Below are positions 49,351-61,735 of a stretch of DNA of 64,000 bases, in pieces (positions within the stretch are counted from its first letter, which is position 1; every line of letters starts with the position of its first letter). The translations under genes were made by a program, and so were the position numbers. Source of the DNA: Escherichia coli. GTDB lineage: Bacteria; Pseudomonadota; Gammaproteobacteria; Enterobacterales; Enterobacteriaceae. The DNA is taken from NCBI RefSeq assembly GCF_003334305.1, contig NZ_QOWS01000024.1; one strand, 5' to 3'. The notes under the pieces are model-generated. The model had not been told where the DNA came from and made no database searches. It saw nothing but the letters and a program-made list of their open reading frames with translations.

Positions 49351-50715
49351 ATGTCTTTCGATTCTTTGGGTTTAAGCCCTGATATCCTGCGCGCCGTTGC
49401 CGAGCAGGGTTACCGTGAACCCACCCCTATTCAGCAGCAGGCGATCCCTGCGGTGCTGGAAGGCCGCGACCTGATGGCTAGCGCCCAGACCGGTACCGGT
49501 AAAACAGCGGGCTTTACGCTGCCGCTGTTGCAACACCTGATCACTCGCCAGCCGCACGCCAAAGGGCGTCGTCCGGTACGTGCGCTCATTCTTACCCCGA
49601 CCCGTGAACTGGCTGCGCAGATTGGCGAAAACGTCCGTGATTACAGCAAATATTTGAACATTCGTTCGCTGGTGGTGTTTGGCGGTGTCAGCATTAACCC
49701 GCAAATGATGAAGCTGCGCGGCGGCGTTGATGTTCTGGTGGCAACACCGGGACGTTTGCTGGACCTGGAACATCAAAATGCAGTGAAGCTGGATCAGGTT
49801 GAAATCCTCGTCCTCGATGAAGCTGACCGCATGCTCGACATGGGCTTTATCCACGATATCCGTCGCGTGTTAACAAAACTGCCAGCGAAACGCCAGAACC
49901 TGCTGTTCTCTGCGACCTTCTCTGACGATATTAAAGCCCTGGCGGAAAAACTGTTGCACAACCCGCTGGAAATCGAAGTGGCACGCCGCAATACCGCGTC
50001 TGATCAGGTGACCCAGCACGTTCACTTTGTTGATAAGAAACGCAAACGCGAATTGCTGTCGCACATGATTGGTAAAGGGAACTGGCAGCAGGTGCTGGTG
50101 TTTACCCGTACCAAACACGGCGCTAACCATCTGGCTGAGCAGCTCAATAAAGATGGCATCCGTAGTGCGGCGATCCACGGGAATAAATCGCAAGGTGCGC
50201 GTACCCGTGCGCTGGCTGATTTTAAATCGGGTGACATTCGCGTACTGGTGGCGACCGATATCGCTGCGCGCGGTCTGGATATCGAAGAGTTGCCGCACGT
50301 CGTCAACTATGAACTGCCAAACGTACCGGAAGATTATGTCCACCGTATCGGGCGTACCGGTCGTGCGGCTGCTACCGGTGAAGCGTTGTCGCTGGTGTGT
50401 GTTGATGAACACAAACTGCTGCGTGATATCGAAAAACTGCTGAAAAAAGAGATCCCGCGCATTGCGATTCCGGGCTATGAGCCGGACCCGTCAATCAAAG
50501 CCGAACCGATCCAGAACGGTCGCCAGCAACGTGGCGGCGGCGGTCGTGGGCAAGGTGGTGGTCGCGGTCAACAGCAACCACGCCGTGGGGAAGGTGGCGC
50601 AAAATCTGCAAGCGCGAAACCTGCAGAAAAACCGTCTCGCCGCCTCGGCGATGCCAAACCGGCAGGCGAACAACAACGTCGCCGCCGTCCGCGTAAACCT
50701 ACCGCTGCGCAGTAA
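49351..50715 (+). CDS. rhlE: ATP-dependent DEAD-box RNA helicase
   Basis: ORF track 454 aa; Q motif, Walker [13 protein letters not shown] box (LVLDEADRM), RG-rich C-terminal tail. Confidence 0.95.
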   Translation: MSFDSLGLSPDILRAVAEQGYREPTPIQQQAIPAVLEGRDLMASAQTGTGKTAGFTLPLLQHLITRQPHAKGRRPVRALILTPTRELAAQIGENVRDYSKYLNIRSLVVFGGVSINPQMMKLRGGVDVLVATPGRLLDLEHQNAVKLDQVEILVLDEADRMLDMGFIHDIRRVLTKLPAKRQNLLFSATFSDDIKALAEKLLHNPLEIEVARRNTASDQVTQHVHFVDKKRKRELLSHMIGKGNWQQVLVFTRTKHGANHLAEQLNKDGIRSAAIHGNKSQGARTRALADFKSGDIRVLVATDIAARGLDIEELPHVVNYELPNVPEDYVHRIGRTGRAAATGEALSLVCVDEHKLLRDIEKLLKKEIPRIAIPGYEPDPSIKAEPIQNGRQQRGGGGRGQGGGRGQQQPRRGEGGAKSASAKPAEKPSRRLGDAKPAGEQQRRRRPRKPTAAQ

Positions 50716-50723
50716 TCTTTTAT

Positions 50724-50740
50724 GCCGGGCTATGCCCGGC
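50724..50740 (+). terminator. hairpin (likely rhlE terminator)
   Basis: GCCGGGC-TAT-GCCCGGC directly after the rhlE stop. Confidence 0.45.
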
Positions 50741-50767
50741 ATCAGGCTGATGAACAAACGCAAAACT

Positions 50768-50866
<99 letters not shown>

Positions 50867-50946
50867 TTTCACAACAAGCACTTGTCAGCAATTTGAGAAC
50901 ACGGGAAAAAATTTATCTGTTTTACCGCCCATAAGCCACCGAGACG

Positions 50947-51429
50947 TTACTTCTCTATAGCCAATTGTTCGCGCAACTCCATTAAAAGGTAGCCCAGTCG
51001 ATTCTTGCCCTTACCATTACCACCGTCTCCCCAGTAAGCATCGTTTTCCGTATGCTCAACCAGTTTTGCGGGCGCGGTTGCCAGCAAGAGCGCACGCAGT
51101 TCTGGATGCTGTTCGAATTTAGCGCGAAGTGCTTTTCGCATCACCTGTTCTTTGACCGACTCCCAGTTTTTACGCAGAGGCTTAGAACGATCGCGCCCCA
51201 TGCGTGCGGCGACCATAGGGGAAGAAACCCGACGGATCTCTTCGCGGTATTTTTCATCAAGGAATTTTTGTGCCTGAAAATAGTGTTCTGAGGTGGGCCA
51301 GGTTTTCCCGTCAACCTTGATGGGCCAGGCGGCAAAGTTAGAAAAATCACCGTAGTCATCGCTGGTGCTGTAGAAATTTATGATGGTGTCTTGCATGACG
51401 TGTTGGATCCTTTGTGCTCGAACGGGCAT
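50947..51429 (-). CDS. ybiA: N-glycosidase YbiA (DUF1768)
   Basis: ORF track 160 aa. Confidence 0.88.
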   Translation of the reverse strand: MPVRAQRIQHVMQDTIINFYSTSDDYGDFSNFAAWPIKVDGKTWPTSEHYFQAQKFLDEKYREEIRRVSSPMVAARMGRDRSKPLRKNWESVKEQVMRKALRAKFEQHPELRALLLATAPAKLVEHTENDAYWGDGGNGKGKNRLGYLLMELREQLAIEK

Positions 51430-51514
51430 TAAACCGCATTATGTTGGTGGTTATTGCGAGCCGCTTTCCAGAAACAGAAAAACCATTACCCCTGAAAACC
51501 GAAAAATGCCACAA

Positions 51515-51534
51515 TATTGGCTGTTTATACAGTA
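51515..51534 (+). promoter_or_regulatory. non-canonical LexA box upstream of dinG
   Basis: TATTGGCTGTTTATACAGTA, matching the reported dinG SOS box, 15 bp upstream of the dinG start. Confidence 0.6.
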
Positions 51535-51548
51535 TTTCAGGTTTTCTC

Positions 51549-53699
51549 ATGGCATTAACCGCCGCGCTTAAAGCGCAAATTGCCGCCTGGTATAAGGCGC
51601 TTCAGGAACAGATCCCCGACTTTATTCCCCGTGCGCCGCAGCGGCAGATGATTGCGGACGTCGCCAAAACGCTGGCCGGAGAAGAAGGGCGGCATCTGGC
51701 GATTGAAGCCCCCACCGGCGTTGGGAAAACGCTCTCCTATTTGATCCCCGGCATCGCCATTGCCCGCGAAGAGCAAAAAACGCTGGTGGTGAGTACCGCC
51801 AACGTGGCGTTGCAGGATCAGATTTACAGCAAAGATTTACCGCTGCTGAAAAAGATCATTCCCGATCTTAAATTCACTGCCGCTTTTGGGCGTGGGCGCT
51901 ACGTTTGCCCGCGTAATCTGACGGCGCTCGCCAGCACTGAGCCCACGCAACAGGATCTGCTGGCGTTTCTTGACGACGAACTGACGCCAAATAATCAGGA
52001 AGAGCAAAAACGTTGTGCGAAGCTGAAGGGCGATCTCGACACTTATAAATGGGATGGTCTGCGCGATCATACTGATATCGCTATAGATGACGATCTCTGG
52101 CGTCGTTTAAGTACCGACAAAGCCAGCTGCCTCAACCGCAACTGTTACTACTATCGTGAATGCCCGTTTTTTGTTGCTCGTCGGGAGATTCAGGAAGCGG
52201 AAGTGGTGGTGGCAAACCATGCGCTGGTGATGGCGGCGATGGAAAGCGAAGCCGTACTACCTGACCCGAAAAATCTGCTGCTGGTGCTGGACGAAGGTCA
52301 TCACCTGCCAGATGTGGCCCGGGATGCGCTGGAGATGAGTGCCGAAATCACCGCGCCCTGGTATCGACTACAGCTGGACTTGTTCACGAAACTGGTCGCT
52401 ACCTGCATGGAGCAGTTTCGCCCGAAGACCATCCCACCGCTGGCGATCCCTGAACGTTTGAATGCGCATTGTGAAGAGTTGTATGAGCTTATCGCCTCGT
52501 TAAACAACATTCTCAATCTCTACATGCCTGCCGGGCAGGAGGCAGAGCACCGTTTTGCGATGGGCGAACTGCCTGATGAAGTGCTGGAGATCTGCCAGCG
52601 GCTGGCAAAACTCACCGAGATGCTGCGTGGTCTGGCGGAGTTATTTCTTAACGATTTAAGTGAGAAAACCGGCAGCCACGATATTGTGCGTCTGCATCGG
52701 TTGATTTTGCAGATGAACCGCGCGTTGGGGATGTTCGAGGCGCAAAGCAAACTCTGGCGGCTGGCGTCTCTGGCGCAATCTTCCGGTGCGCCGGTGACCA
52801 AATGGGCGACGCGGGAAGAGCGCGAAGGGCAGCTGCATCTCTGGTTTCACTGCGTGGGGATACGTGTCAGCGATCAGCTGGAAAGGCTGCTGTGGCGCAG
52901 TATTCCGCACATTATTGTTACCTCCGCAACCTTGCGTTCGCTGAATAGTTTTTCGCGTTTGCAGGAGATGAGTGGTCTGAAAGAGAAAGCGGGCGACCGT
53001 TTTGTGGCGCTGGATTCCCCCTTTAACCACTGCGAACAGGGCAAAATTGTTATTCCCCGGATGCGCGTTGAGCCTTCCATCGACAACGAAGAGCAGCATA
53101 TTGCCGAAATGGCGGCCTTTTTCCGTAAGCAGGTGGAGAGCAAAAAACATCTCGGTATGTTGGTACTGTTTGCCAGCGGACGGGCGATGCAGCGCTTTCT
53201 CGACTATGTGACGGATTTACGCCTGATGCTGCTGGTGCAGGGCGATCAGCCGCGTTATCGCTTAGTTGAACTGCACCGCAAACGCGTTGCCAACGGTGAG
53301 CGTAGTGTGCTGGTGGGCTTACAGTCATTTGCCGAAGGGCTTGATTTGAAAGGTGATCTGCTCAGCCAGGTGCATATCCACAAAATCGCTTTTCCGCCCA
53401 TCGACAGCCCGGTGGTGATCACCGAAGGGGAATGGCTGAAAAGCCTCAACCGCTATCCGTTTGAGGTGCAAAGCCTGCCGAGCGCCTCGTTTAACCTGAT
53501 TCAGCAGGTTGGGCGACTGATTCGAAGCCACGGTTGCTGGGGCGAAGTGGTTATCTACGACAAACGCTTGCTGACCAAAAATTATGGCAAGCGACTACTG
53601 GATGCATTACCGGTATTTCCGATAGAGCAACCGGAAGTCCCTGAAGGTATAGTTAAAAAGAAAGAAAAAACGAAATCCCCACGCCGTCGGCGGCGTTAA
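51549..53699 (+). CDS. dinG: ATP-dependent DNA helicase DinG
   Basis: ORF track 51414..53699; start trimmed to MALTAALKAQIAAWYKALQEQIPDFIPRAPQRQMIADV (716 aa); Walker A APTGVGKT, DEGH box. Confidence 0.93.
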   Translation: MALTAALKAQIAAWYKALQEQIPDFIPRAPQRQMIADVAKTLAGEEGRHLAIEAPTGVGKTLSYLIPGIAIAREEQKTLVVSTANVALQDQIYSKDLPLLKKIIPDLKFTAAFGRGRYVCPRNLTALASTEPTQQDLLAFLDDELTPNNQEEQKRCAKLKGDLDTYKWDGLRDHTDIAIDDDLWRRLSTDKASCLNRNCYYYRECPFFVARREIQEAEVVVANHALVMAAMESEAVLPDPKNLLLVLDEGHHLPDVARDALEMSAEITAPWYRLQLDLFTKLVATCMEQFRPKTIPPLAIPERLNAHCEELYELIASLNNILNLYMPAGQEAEHRFAMGELPDEVLEICQRLAKLTEMLRGLAELFLNDLSEKTGSHDIVRLHRLILQMNRALGMFEAQSKLWRLASLAQSSGAPVTKWATREEREGQLHLWFHCVGIRVSDQLERLLWRSIPHIIVTSATLRSLNSFSRLQEMSGLKEKAGDRFVALDSPFNHCEQGKIVIPRMRVEPSIDNEEQHIAEMAAFFRKQVESKKHLGMLVLFASGRAMQRFLDYVTDLRLMLLVQGDQPRYRLVELHRKRVANGERSVLVGLQSFAEGLDLKGDLLSQVHIHKIAFPPIDSPVVITEGEWLKSLNRYPFEVQSLPSASFNLIQQVGRLIRSHGCWGEVVIYDKRLLTKNYGKRLLDALPVFPIEQPEVPEGIVKKKEKTKSPRRRRR

Positions 53700-53726
53700 T
53701 GATGTGAGTCAGGTAAGGAGTCGTAA

Positions 53727-54689
<963 letters not shown>

Positions 54690-54695
54690 TTCTTT

Positions 54696-54772
<77 letters not shown>

Positions 54773-54773
54773 A

Positions 54774-55915
<1,142 letters not shown>

Positions 55916-56029
55916 AAAAAGCCCGTCCAGTAACGGACGGGCAAACAAGGGTAATATAGGATCAATGAGGGTTAGAGCATATGCGTCTGTCGGCAAACAG
56001 ACAGGGAAATACTTGTGCTGGACGTAGCG

Positions 56030-56140
56030 TAAACGCCTGATCCGTCCAACGGTTCGGATTTTGTAGGCCTGATAAGACGCGGTAGCGTCGCATCAGGCAT
56101 CTGTTGCCGGATGCGGCGTAAACGCCTTATCCGTCCTACG
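56030..56140. repeat. BIME/REP array
   Basis: Three REP-like palindromes (GCCTGATAAGACGCGG..CATCAGGC; GCCGGATGCGGCGTAAACGCCTTATCCG). Confidence 0.7.
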
Positions 56141-56142
56141 AA

Positions 56143-56403
56143 TTACTTATAAATTACCGCAGTACCGCTTAATTTATTGTTGTTGGTGGCGGAAGTGATG
56201 CTGTATCCACTGGCACCGGCTGCCGCGGCTTTCTCAGCCAGTTTCGCTTCCAGGGCATCGAGGGTGGATGCGCCATCGGCAGAAACCACGCCGATTTTAT
56301 TCATGTTCTGTGCCTGGGATGCCGTTACCGGTTCCGCGGCAAACACGCCAAATGACAGAGTTGAAAGAGCCATAGCAGCAACAACAGTATTGATAGTTTT
56401 CAT
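56143..56403 (-). CDS. ybiJ: DUF1471 (YhcN-family) periplasmic protein
   Basis: ORF track 86 aa; signal peptide MKTINTVVAAMALSTLSFGVFA; paralog of mcbA. Confidence 0.88.
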   Translation of the reverse strand: MKTINTVVAAMALSTLSFGVFAAEPVTASQAQNMNKIGVVSADGASTLDALEAKLAEKAAAAGASGYSITSATNNNKLSGTAVIYK

Positions 56404-56667
56404 AATTAATCTCTCGCAGGTGATTTTTGTATAAGTGACGTTGTTTCGTCGATGTGATGAGTATCACGTTTTTTTACGAGAGATAAAATCGAAGAGAATT
56501 GACCGCCTTGTTCAAATAAATTGATTGATATCTAACCTACTGATAAACCATTTATTTGTTGTACTTATGAACTTGTTTTATACCGCGTGGCAGTCACAGC
56601 AGCGTTAAAGGCACGGAATGCCACGCAAAATACAAATTATACTCGCTATGCATCTCGCCAGTTGTAG

Positions 56668-56934
56668 TTAACGTAACTGGCTGTCTTTCGAACCTCTGCG
56701 ATTATATCCTGTATAAGCTGGTTTTTGTAAATCTTTCTCCTGCTGACAATGAATACATAAGCGCACGCCAGGAATGGCTTCCCGACGGGCCTGCGGGATG
56801 GGGGCACCGCACTCTTCACATTCATCCAGGCTTTCGCCGCGCGGAATTTCACCCCGAGCGCGGGAAATCGCATCTTCAATTGTACTGTTGATCTGTTCGT
56901 TGACGGCGTCATCGTTAGCCCAACCGGATGCCAT
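56668..56934 (-). CDS. ybiI: DksA/TraR-family C4-type zinc-finger protein
   Basis: ORF track 88 aa; CEECGAPIP...CIHCQ four-Cys zinc finger. Confidence 0.85.
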   Translation of the reverse strand: MASGWANDDAVNEQINSTIEDAISRARGEIPRGESLDECEECGAPIPQARREAIPGVRLCIHCQQEKDLQKPAYTGYNRRGSKDSQLR

Positions 56935-57007
56935 ATCGACCTCCCCATATCAATACTTGTACAGTTAAGTGTAGCTAATCCAGGGACGAACTCGGGCAGT
57001 TCAAGCA

Positions 57008-57685
57008 TCAGATCTCCGACCATTCCCGCAGCAGATTATGATAAAGATTAAGCAGCGACAGGATCTCTTCACTTTCGCCGTAGCGGCTTTTCAGCGACTG
57101 AATATTGTTGTCCAGTTCAAACAGCATGGCGCGCTTTTTATCATCGCGGATCATCGACTGGATCCACATAAATGATGCCACTCGTACGCCGCGGGTTACG
57201 GGTGTCACGCAATGCAGGCTGCTGGAGGGATACAACACGAGATCGCCTGCCGGGAGTTTTACCCGATGTTGTCCGAAGGTGTCATTAACGACCAGTTCGC
57301 CGCCGTCGTAGCTTTGTGGATCGCTTAAAAACAGCGTGGCAGAAAGGTCAGTACGCATCCAGCCGTTTTGTGGATGGCTGCGTACTGCGCCATCCACATG
57401 GAAACCATAGGTTTCATTGTTCTGATAGCGATTAAACAGCGGCGTGGAAAGGGTACGCGGCAAGGCCGCGGCAAAGAATAAAGCATGTTGGTTAACCGCG
57501 TTCAGCACCTCATTTTGCAGGGCGGCGTATAACGTGCTGCGGGTGTCGACCTGTTGATTGTTCTTAACTTGCGCACCTTGTGCGCCGGTGGTGACGCGTC
57601 CATCCACCCATTCGGCTTGTTCCAGTTGTTCGCGAAACCGGGCGACGTCCTGTGGCGATAACACGCCGGGAATGTGGTACATCAT
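57008..57685 (-). CDS. ybiX: PKHD-type Fe(II)/2-oxoglutarate-dependent hydroxylase
   Basis: ORF track 57008..57721; start trimmed to [17 protein letters not shown] (225 aa); directly downstream of fiu. Confidence 0.88.
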
Positions 57686-57726
57686 ACAAGTTCTCCAAAA
57701 AGTGGGGCCTGCGCCCCACATCTGAA

Positions 57727-60009
57727 TCAGAAATGCATATTGGCTGTGAGCAAGAAGGTTCTTGGCTCGCCCGGGTGATAACGGTAGCCGCTCTTGTTGA
57801 TTGAGGCGACGTAATCGGTATCAAACAGGTTGTAAACGTTTAGCTGGAAGTCGAGATTGCGATTAACCCGATACCCCAGTTTGGCATCGGCGACCCAGTA
57901 ACCTTCGGTAAACGCTGGCGTTCCCACCGCGCCGTCTGAACCTTTATGCATACTGCCGATATAGCGTGCGCCCGCGCCAACAGAGATATCATCGGTTGCC
58001 TGATACTGGCTCCATAAGGTGAAGGCGTGCTCCGGGGTATACGGCAGCGATGAGGAACCATCCTGGGCAACATCTTTGCCGTTTTTGATGGTTGCTTTTT
58101 GCTGGGTATAGCCGCCAATCACCTGCCACGCGGGAGTGATATTCCCGGCCACGGATATCTCATAGCCTTCGACACGTTTCTTACCGTATTGCGAGTAAGT
58201 TCCGTCATCATTTTGCTCAACTTCATTTTCGATATCAGTACGGAATAGCGCGGCGGTGAGCAACAGGCGTTTATCCAGAACCTGCCATTTGGTGCCAATC
58301 TCGCTGGTGTTGGCTTTTTGCGGTTTAAAATCGGTGCGGTTGGCACTGTTACCGCTGCCAGACTGCGCAAGGGCGAAGTTGTTGCCGCCCGGAGGCTGCT
58401 GGGAAACGGCATAGTTAATATAGACATTACCGTTTTCCGTCAGGTGATACAGCGCCCCGGCTTTCCAGTTCACCAGATTGCCCGACTTGGCGGTGTCGAC
58501 GGTGGTGACCGGAGAACCTTTTGCCACACCAGTTGGGCAGGTGATGGCACCGCGTCCGCTGCCGCCGCAGGCGGTGGCACTGTCATATTCAGTATGATAA
58601 TTATCCAGACGGATCCCGCCGTTCAGCTCAAAATCACGGGTGATTTGCAGCGTATCGAAGGCGTAAATTGCGAAGGTATCCGTCTGACCATTGGCGTTTG
58701 CGCCGTTGCGCGTCAGGCCGCCGGGATGAATGCTGCTGTCAGGATGATAAATATTTACCGCGGGTAACGTCACCGGATTAACGCCGTAGTTAGTCTGCGT
58801 TTCACGGGTAAATTCCACGCCGGTACTGACATCATGACCGATAGAACCGGTATAGAACGTCGAGGTCAGGTTGGTCTGGTTGGTGAGAATTTTATTACTC
58901 ACATCTTTGGTATTCGCCGTGCGTGACCAGGTCCAGCTATTCACATCGCTGGTGGGCTGAGTAATATTCGACGCCCCGCCCATAATCGCCGTCATCAGGT
59001 AATCCTGCTTTACGCGCGACCAACGGGTAGTATTGCGAATGGTGGTGTTATCGTTGATGTCGTGCTCAAAACGCATGGTGGCGGTGTCGGTGGTCGAATC
59101 GTCGTAATCGGAATCCGTGCCGTAAAAGTTATGAGTATCAACTTTTCCGGAATGATTCAGAGCCGCTGTTCCCGCAGATGGGGCAGAATAACCCGGCAAA
59201 CCGATGGTCGGAATGCCGCCGTCTGGCGTGTTGTGCTGGGTGACATGCAGATAATTAAGATACAAACGATTCGCTGTACCAAGGCCAAAAGCGATAGAAG
59301 GGGCGACGCCGTAACGCTCATTTTTGACTTTGTCGCGTCCGGCATCGTGCGTTTTTTCGCCCATCACATTCAGGCGCACCGCAGTGGTATCACCAATGAC
59401 CTGATTGACGTCCAGCGTGCCGCGGCGGAACCAGGCGCTGCCAATACTGGCGGAGGCGTCAATGCCGGAATCATTGCGCGGCTGCTTGCTGATCATATTG
59501 ATCGAGCCCGTCGGCGCGCTGCGCCCGTAGTCGGTGCCGGAAGGCCCTTTAATCACTTCGACCTGCTCAGTATTGAAGGTGTCGCGCGAGACGCTGCCGA
59601 TATCGCGAATGCCATCAATATAAATACTGTTAGAGGTATCAGCACCGCGCATATAAATGGCGTCGCCAGTGGTGGAGTTACCGTTCTCACCCGCAAAAAA
59701 CGCACCCACGCCGGGGACGTTTTTGAGCGCGTCGGTAAGGTTGGTTGCGCCCTGATCTTTAATCACTTGTTCAGAAATCACCGTCATCGTGCGGGTAGTA
59801 TCCGCTACCGGACGCGAGAATTTCGGATCGGCAGATTGTTGTGGCGCATAAAGCGAAGGCGTTGATGCTTCGACAACCAGCGTGTCATCCGCGTTAGTTT
59901 GCCCTTCGGCGGCGAGTGCCTGAGCCACAGGCGTGATGCCAATACAAAGACCGGCAAAGAACGTGAGCGAATGAAATTGTCTGGCAGGGAAATTGCGATT
60001 GTTTTCCAT
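57727..60009 (-). CDS. fiu: TonB-dependent outer-membrane catecholate siderophore receptor
   Basis: ORF track 760 aa; signal peptide, TonB-box region (DTLVVEAS), C-terminal aromatic residue (..ANMHF). Confidence 0.93.
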
Positions 60010-60112
60010 TTTGCAGGTGACTTTTTTTATATGTTGAAATTTTCACTGCCACGAGAAAGCCTCTCTGCGGATGCGATGCCACTGTTAATCTCGTGATAGT
60101 GTTCGTGCAAGT

Positions 60113-60137
60113 GATAATAATTTTGATAAGCATTATC
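60113..60137 (-). promoter_or_regulatory. Fur box in fiu promoter
   Basis: GATAATAATTTTGATAAGCATTATC (GATAAT/ATTATC repeats) about 110 bp upstream of fiu start. Confidence 0.55.
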
Positions 60138-60272
60138 ACTTGGCGCGATTTTCTATCACCCATTGCGCGAAAAAGAAATACATTTATTTACATTGCGTTC
60201 ATATTTGATGTTTTTTGATTACAAAACAGGCGAAAACTGCATCCAGAGGCGAATGCAGTTACGTTGGTGGGG

Positions 60273-60533
60273 TTATTTGTAGATGGTTGCAGTACCGAAC
60301 ATCTGGTCATTTCCGCCTGCGGAATTAATGACATAACCTTTCGCGCCTTGCTCGCGCGCTTTTTCTGCCAGTTTATCCTCCAGATCGCTTAGGTTTGATG
60401 CGCCAGTTGCCGAAACGGTACCGGCGGGCCGTAGCTGACCGCTGTCCAGGTTACTCATCGGTTGCGCGGCATAAGCCGTGAGAGAGATTCCGCTCAGGAC
60501 GGTGGCAATCAGTAGTGTGAGGCACTTTTTCAT
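60273..60533 (-). CDS. mcbA: DUF1471 (YhcN-family) periplasmic protein McbA
   Basis: ORF track 60273..60677; start trimmed to MKKCLTLLIATVLSGISLTAYA (signal peptide), 86 aa; C-terminus ..GTATIYK like YbiJ ..GTAVIYK. Confidence 0.85.
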   Translation of the reverse strand: MKKCLTLLIATVLSGISLTAYAAQPMSNLDSGQLRPAGTVSATGASNLSDLEDKLAEKAREQGAKGYVINSAGGNDQMFGTATIYK

Positions 60534-60808
60534 AATGACATCCTCATAAATACAACGGGTAGTGCCTGATAAGTGTAGGTCGCCTGGGCGATGAAAATGA
60601 CGCAAAAAATTGACAGAGATGTGCTTATTTTTTGAACGATATATTTTTACAAAATAAGACAAATCAATGACATGCATAATGCTGATTTTTATGATGAATT
60701 GCCATAAACCATAGCCATGTTAAGGTTTTGGGGAATGATAAACGCAGCCAGATATTTACCCTGTCGCGTTATGCGGGTATCTTACGCCGCTGCTTAAAGG
60801 AGAATGCT

Positions 60809-61735
60809 ATGTCCGCCCAGAAACCGGGGTTGCATCCGCGCAACCGTCATCACAGCCGCTACGATCTCGCCACGCTTTGTCAGGTCAATCCTGAACTCAG
60901 GCAATTCCTCACGCTTACACCCGCCGGGGAGCAAAGCGTAGACTTTGCCAATCCGCTGGCGGTGAAGGCGCTCAATAAGGCGTTGCTGGCCCATTTTTAC
61001 GCCGTAGCGAACTGGGAAATCCCCGACGGTTTTCTCTGCCCACCAGTACCGGGCCGGGCGGATTATATTCATCACCTTGCCGATTTACTGGCTGAAGCAA
61101 GCGGAACAATTCCAGCGAATGCCAGCATTCTGGATATCGGCGTTGGTGCGAACTGTATTTATCCGCTGATTGGCGTACATGAATATGGCTGGCGTTTTAC
61201 CGGTAGTGAAACCAGCAGCCAGGCGTTAAGCAGTGCGCAGGCGATTATCAGTGCTAATCCGGGGCTTAACCGCGCCATTCGTCTGCGTCGGCAAAAAGAG
61301 AGTGGGGCAATTTTTAACGGCATCATCCATAAAAACGAGCAATACGACGCGACCTTGTGTAACCCGCCATTCCACGATTCCGCCGCTGCAGCGCGGGCAG
61401 GTAGTGAGCGTAAACGCCGTAACCTGGGGCTGAACAAAGACGATGCACTGAACTTTGGTGGTCAGCAACAGGAGTTGTGGTGTGAAGGTGGTGAAGTCGC
61501 CTTTATCAAAAAGATGATTGAAGAGAGCAAAGGCTTCGCGAAGCAGGTGATGTGGTTTACCTCGCTGGTATCTCGTGGTGAAAACTTACCGCCGTTGTAT
61601 CGTGCTCTGACCGACGTGGGCGCGGTGAAGGTGGTAAAAAAAGAGATGGCCCAGGGGCAAAAGCAGAGTCGCTTTATTGCCTGGACCTTTATGAACGACG
61701 AGCAGCGCCGCCGTTTTGTTAATCGCCAACGTTAA
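60809..61735 (+). CDS. rlmF: 23S rRNA m6A1618 methyltransferase
   Basis: ORF track 60728..61735 (TTG); start trimmed to [20 protein letters not shown] (308 aa); NPPF motif present. Confidence 0.9.
   Translation: MSAQKPGLHPRNRHHSRYDLATLCQVNPELRQFLTLTPAGEQSVDFANPLAVKALNKALLAHFYAVANWEIPDGFLCPPVPGRADYIHHLADLLAEASGTIPANASILDIGVGANCIYPLIGVHEYGWRFTGSETSSQALSSAQAIISANPGLNRAIRLRRQKESGAIFNGIIHKNEQYDATLCNPPFHDSAAAARAGSERKRRNLGLNKDDALNFGGQQQELWCEGGEVAFIKKMIEESKGFAKQVMWFTSLVSRGENLPPLYRALTDVGAVKVVKKEMAQGQKQSRFIAWTFMNDEQRRRFVNRQR

Noticed and set aside
60273-60677. Apparent single-base frameshift in mcbA when the printed sequence is read by eye near 60480
   Set aside because: The ORF track, computed from the same window, reports a continuous 134-codon frame here, so I attribute the discrepancy to my manual character counting and treat mcbA as intact.
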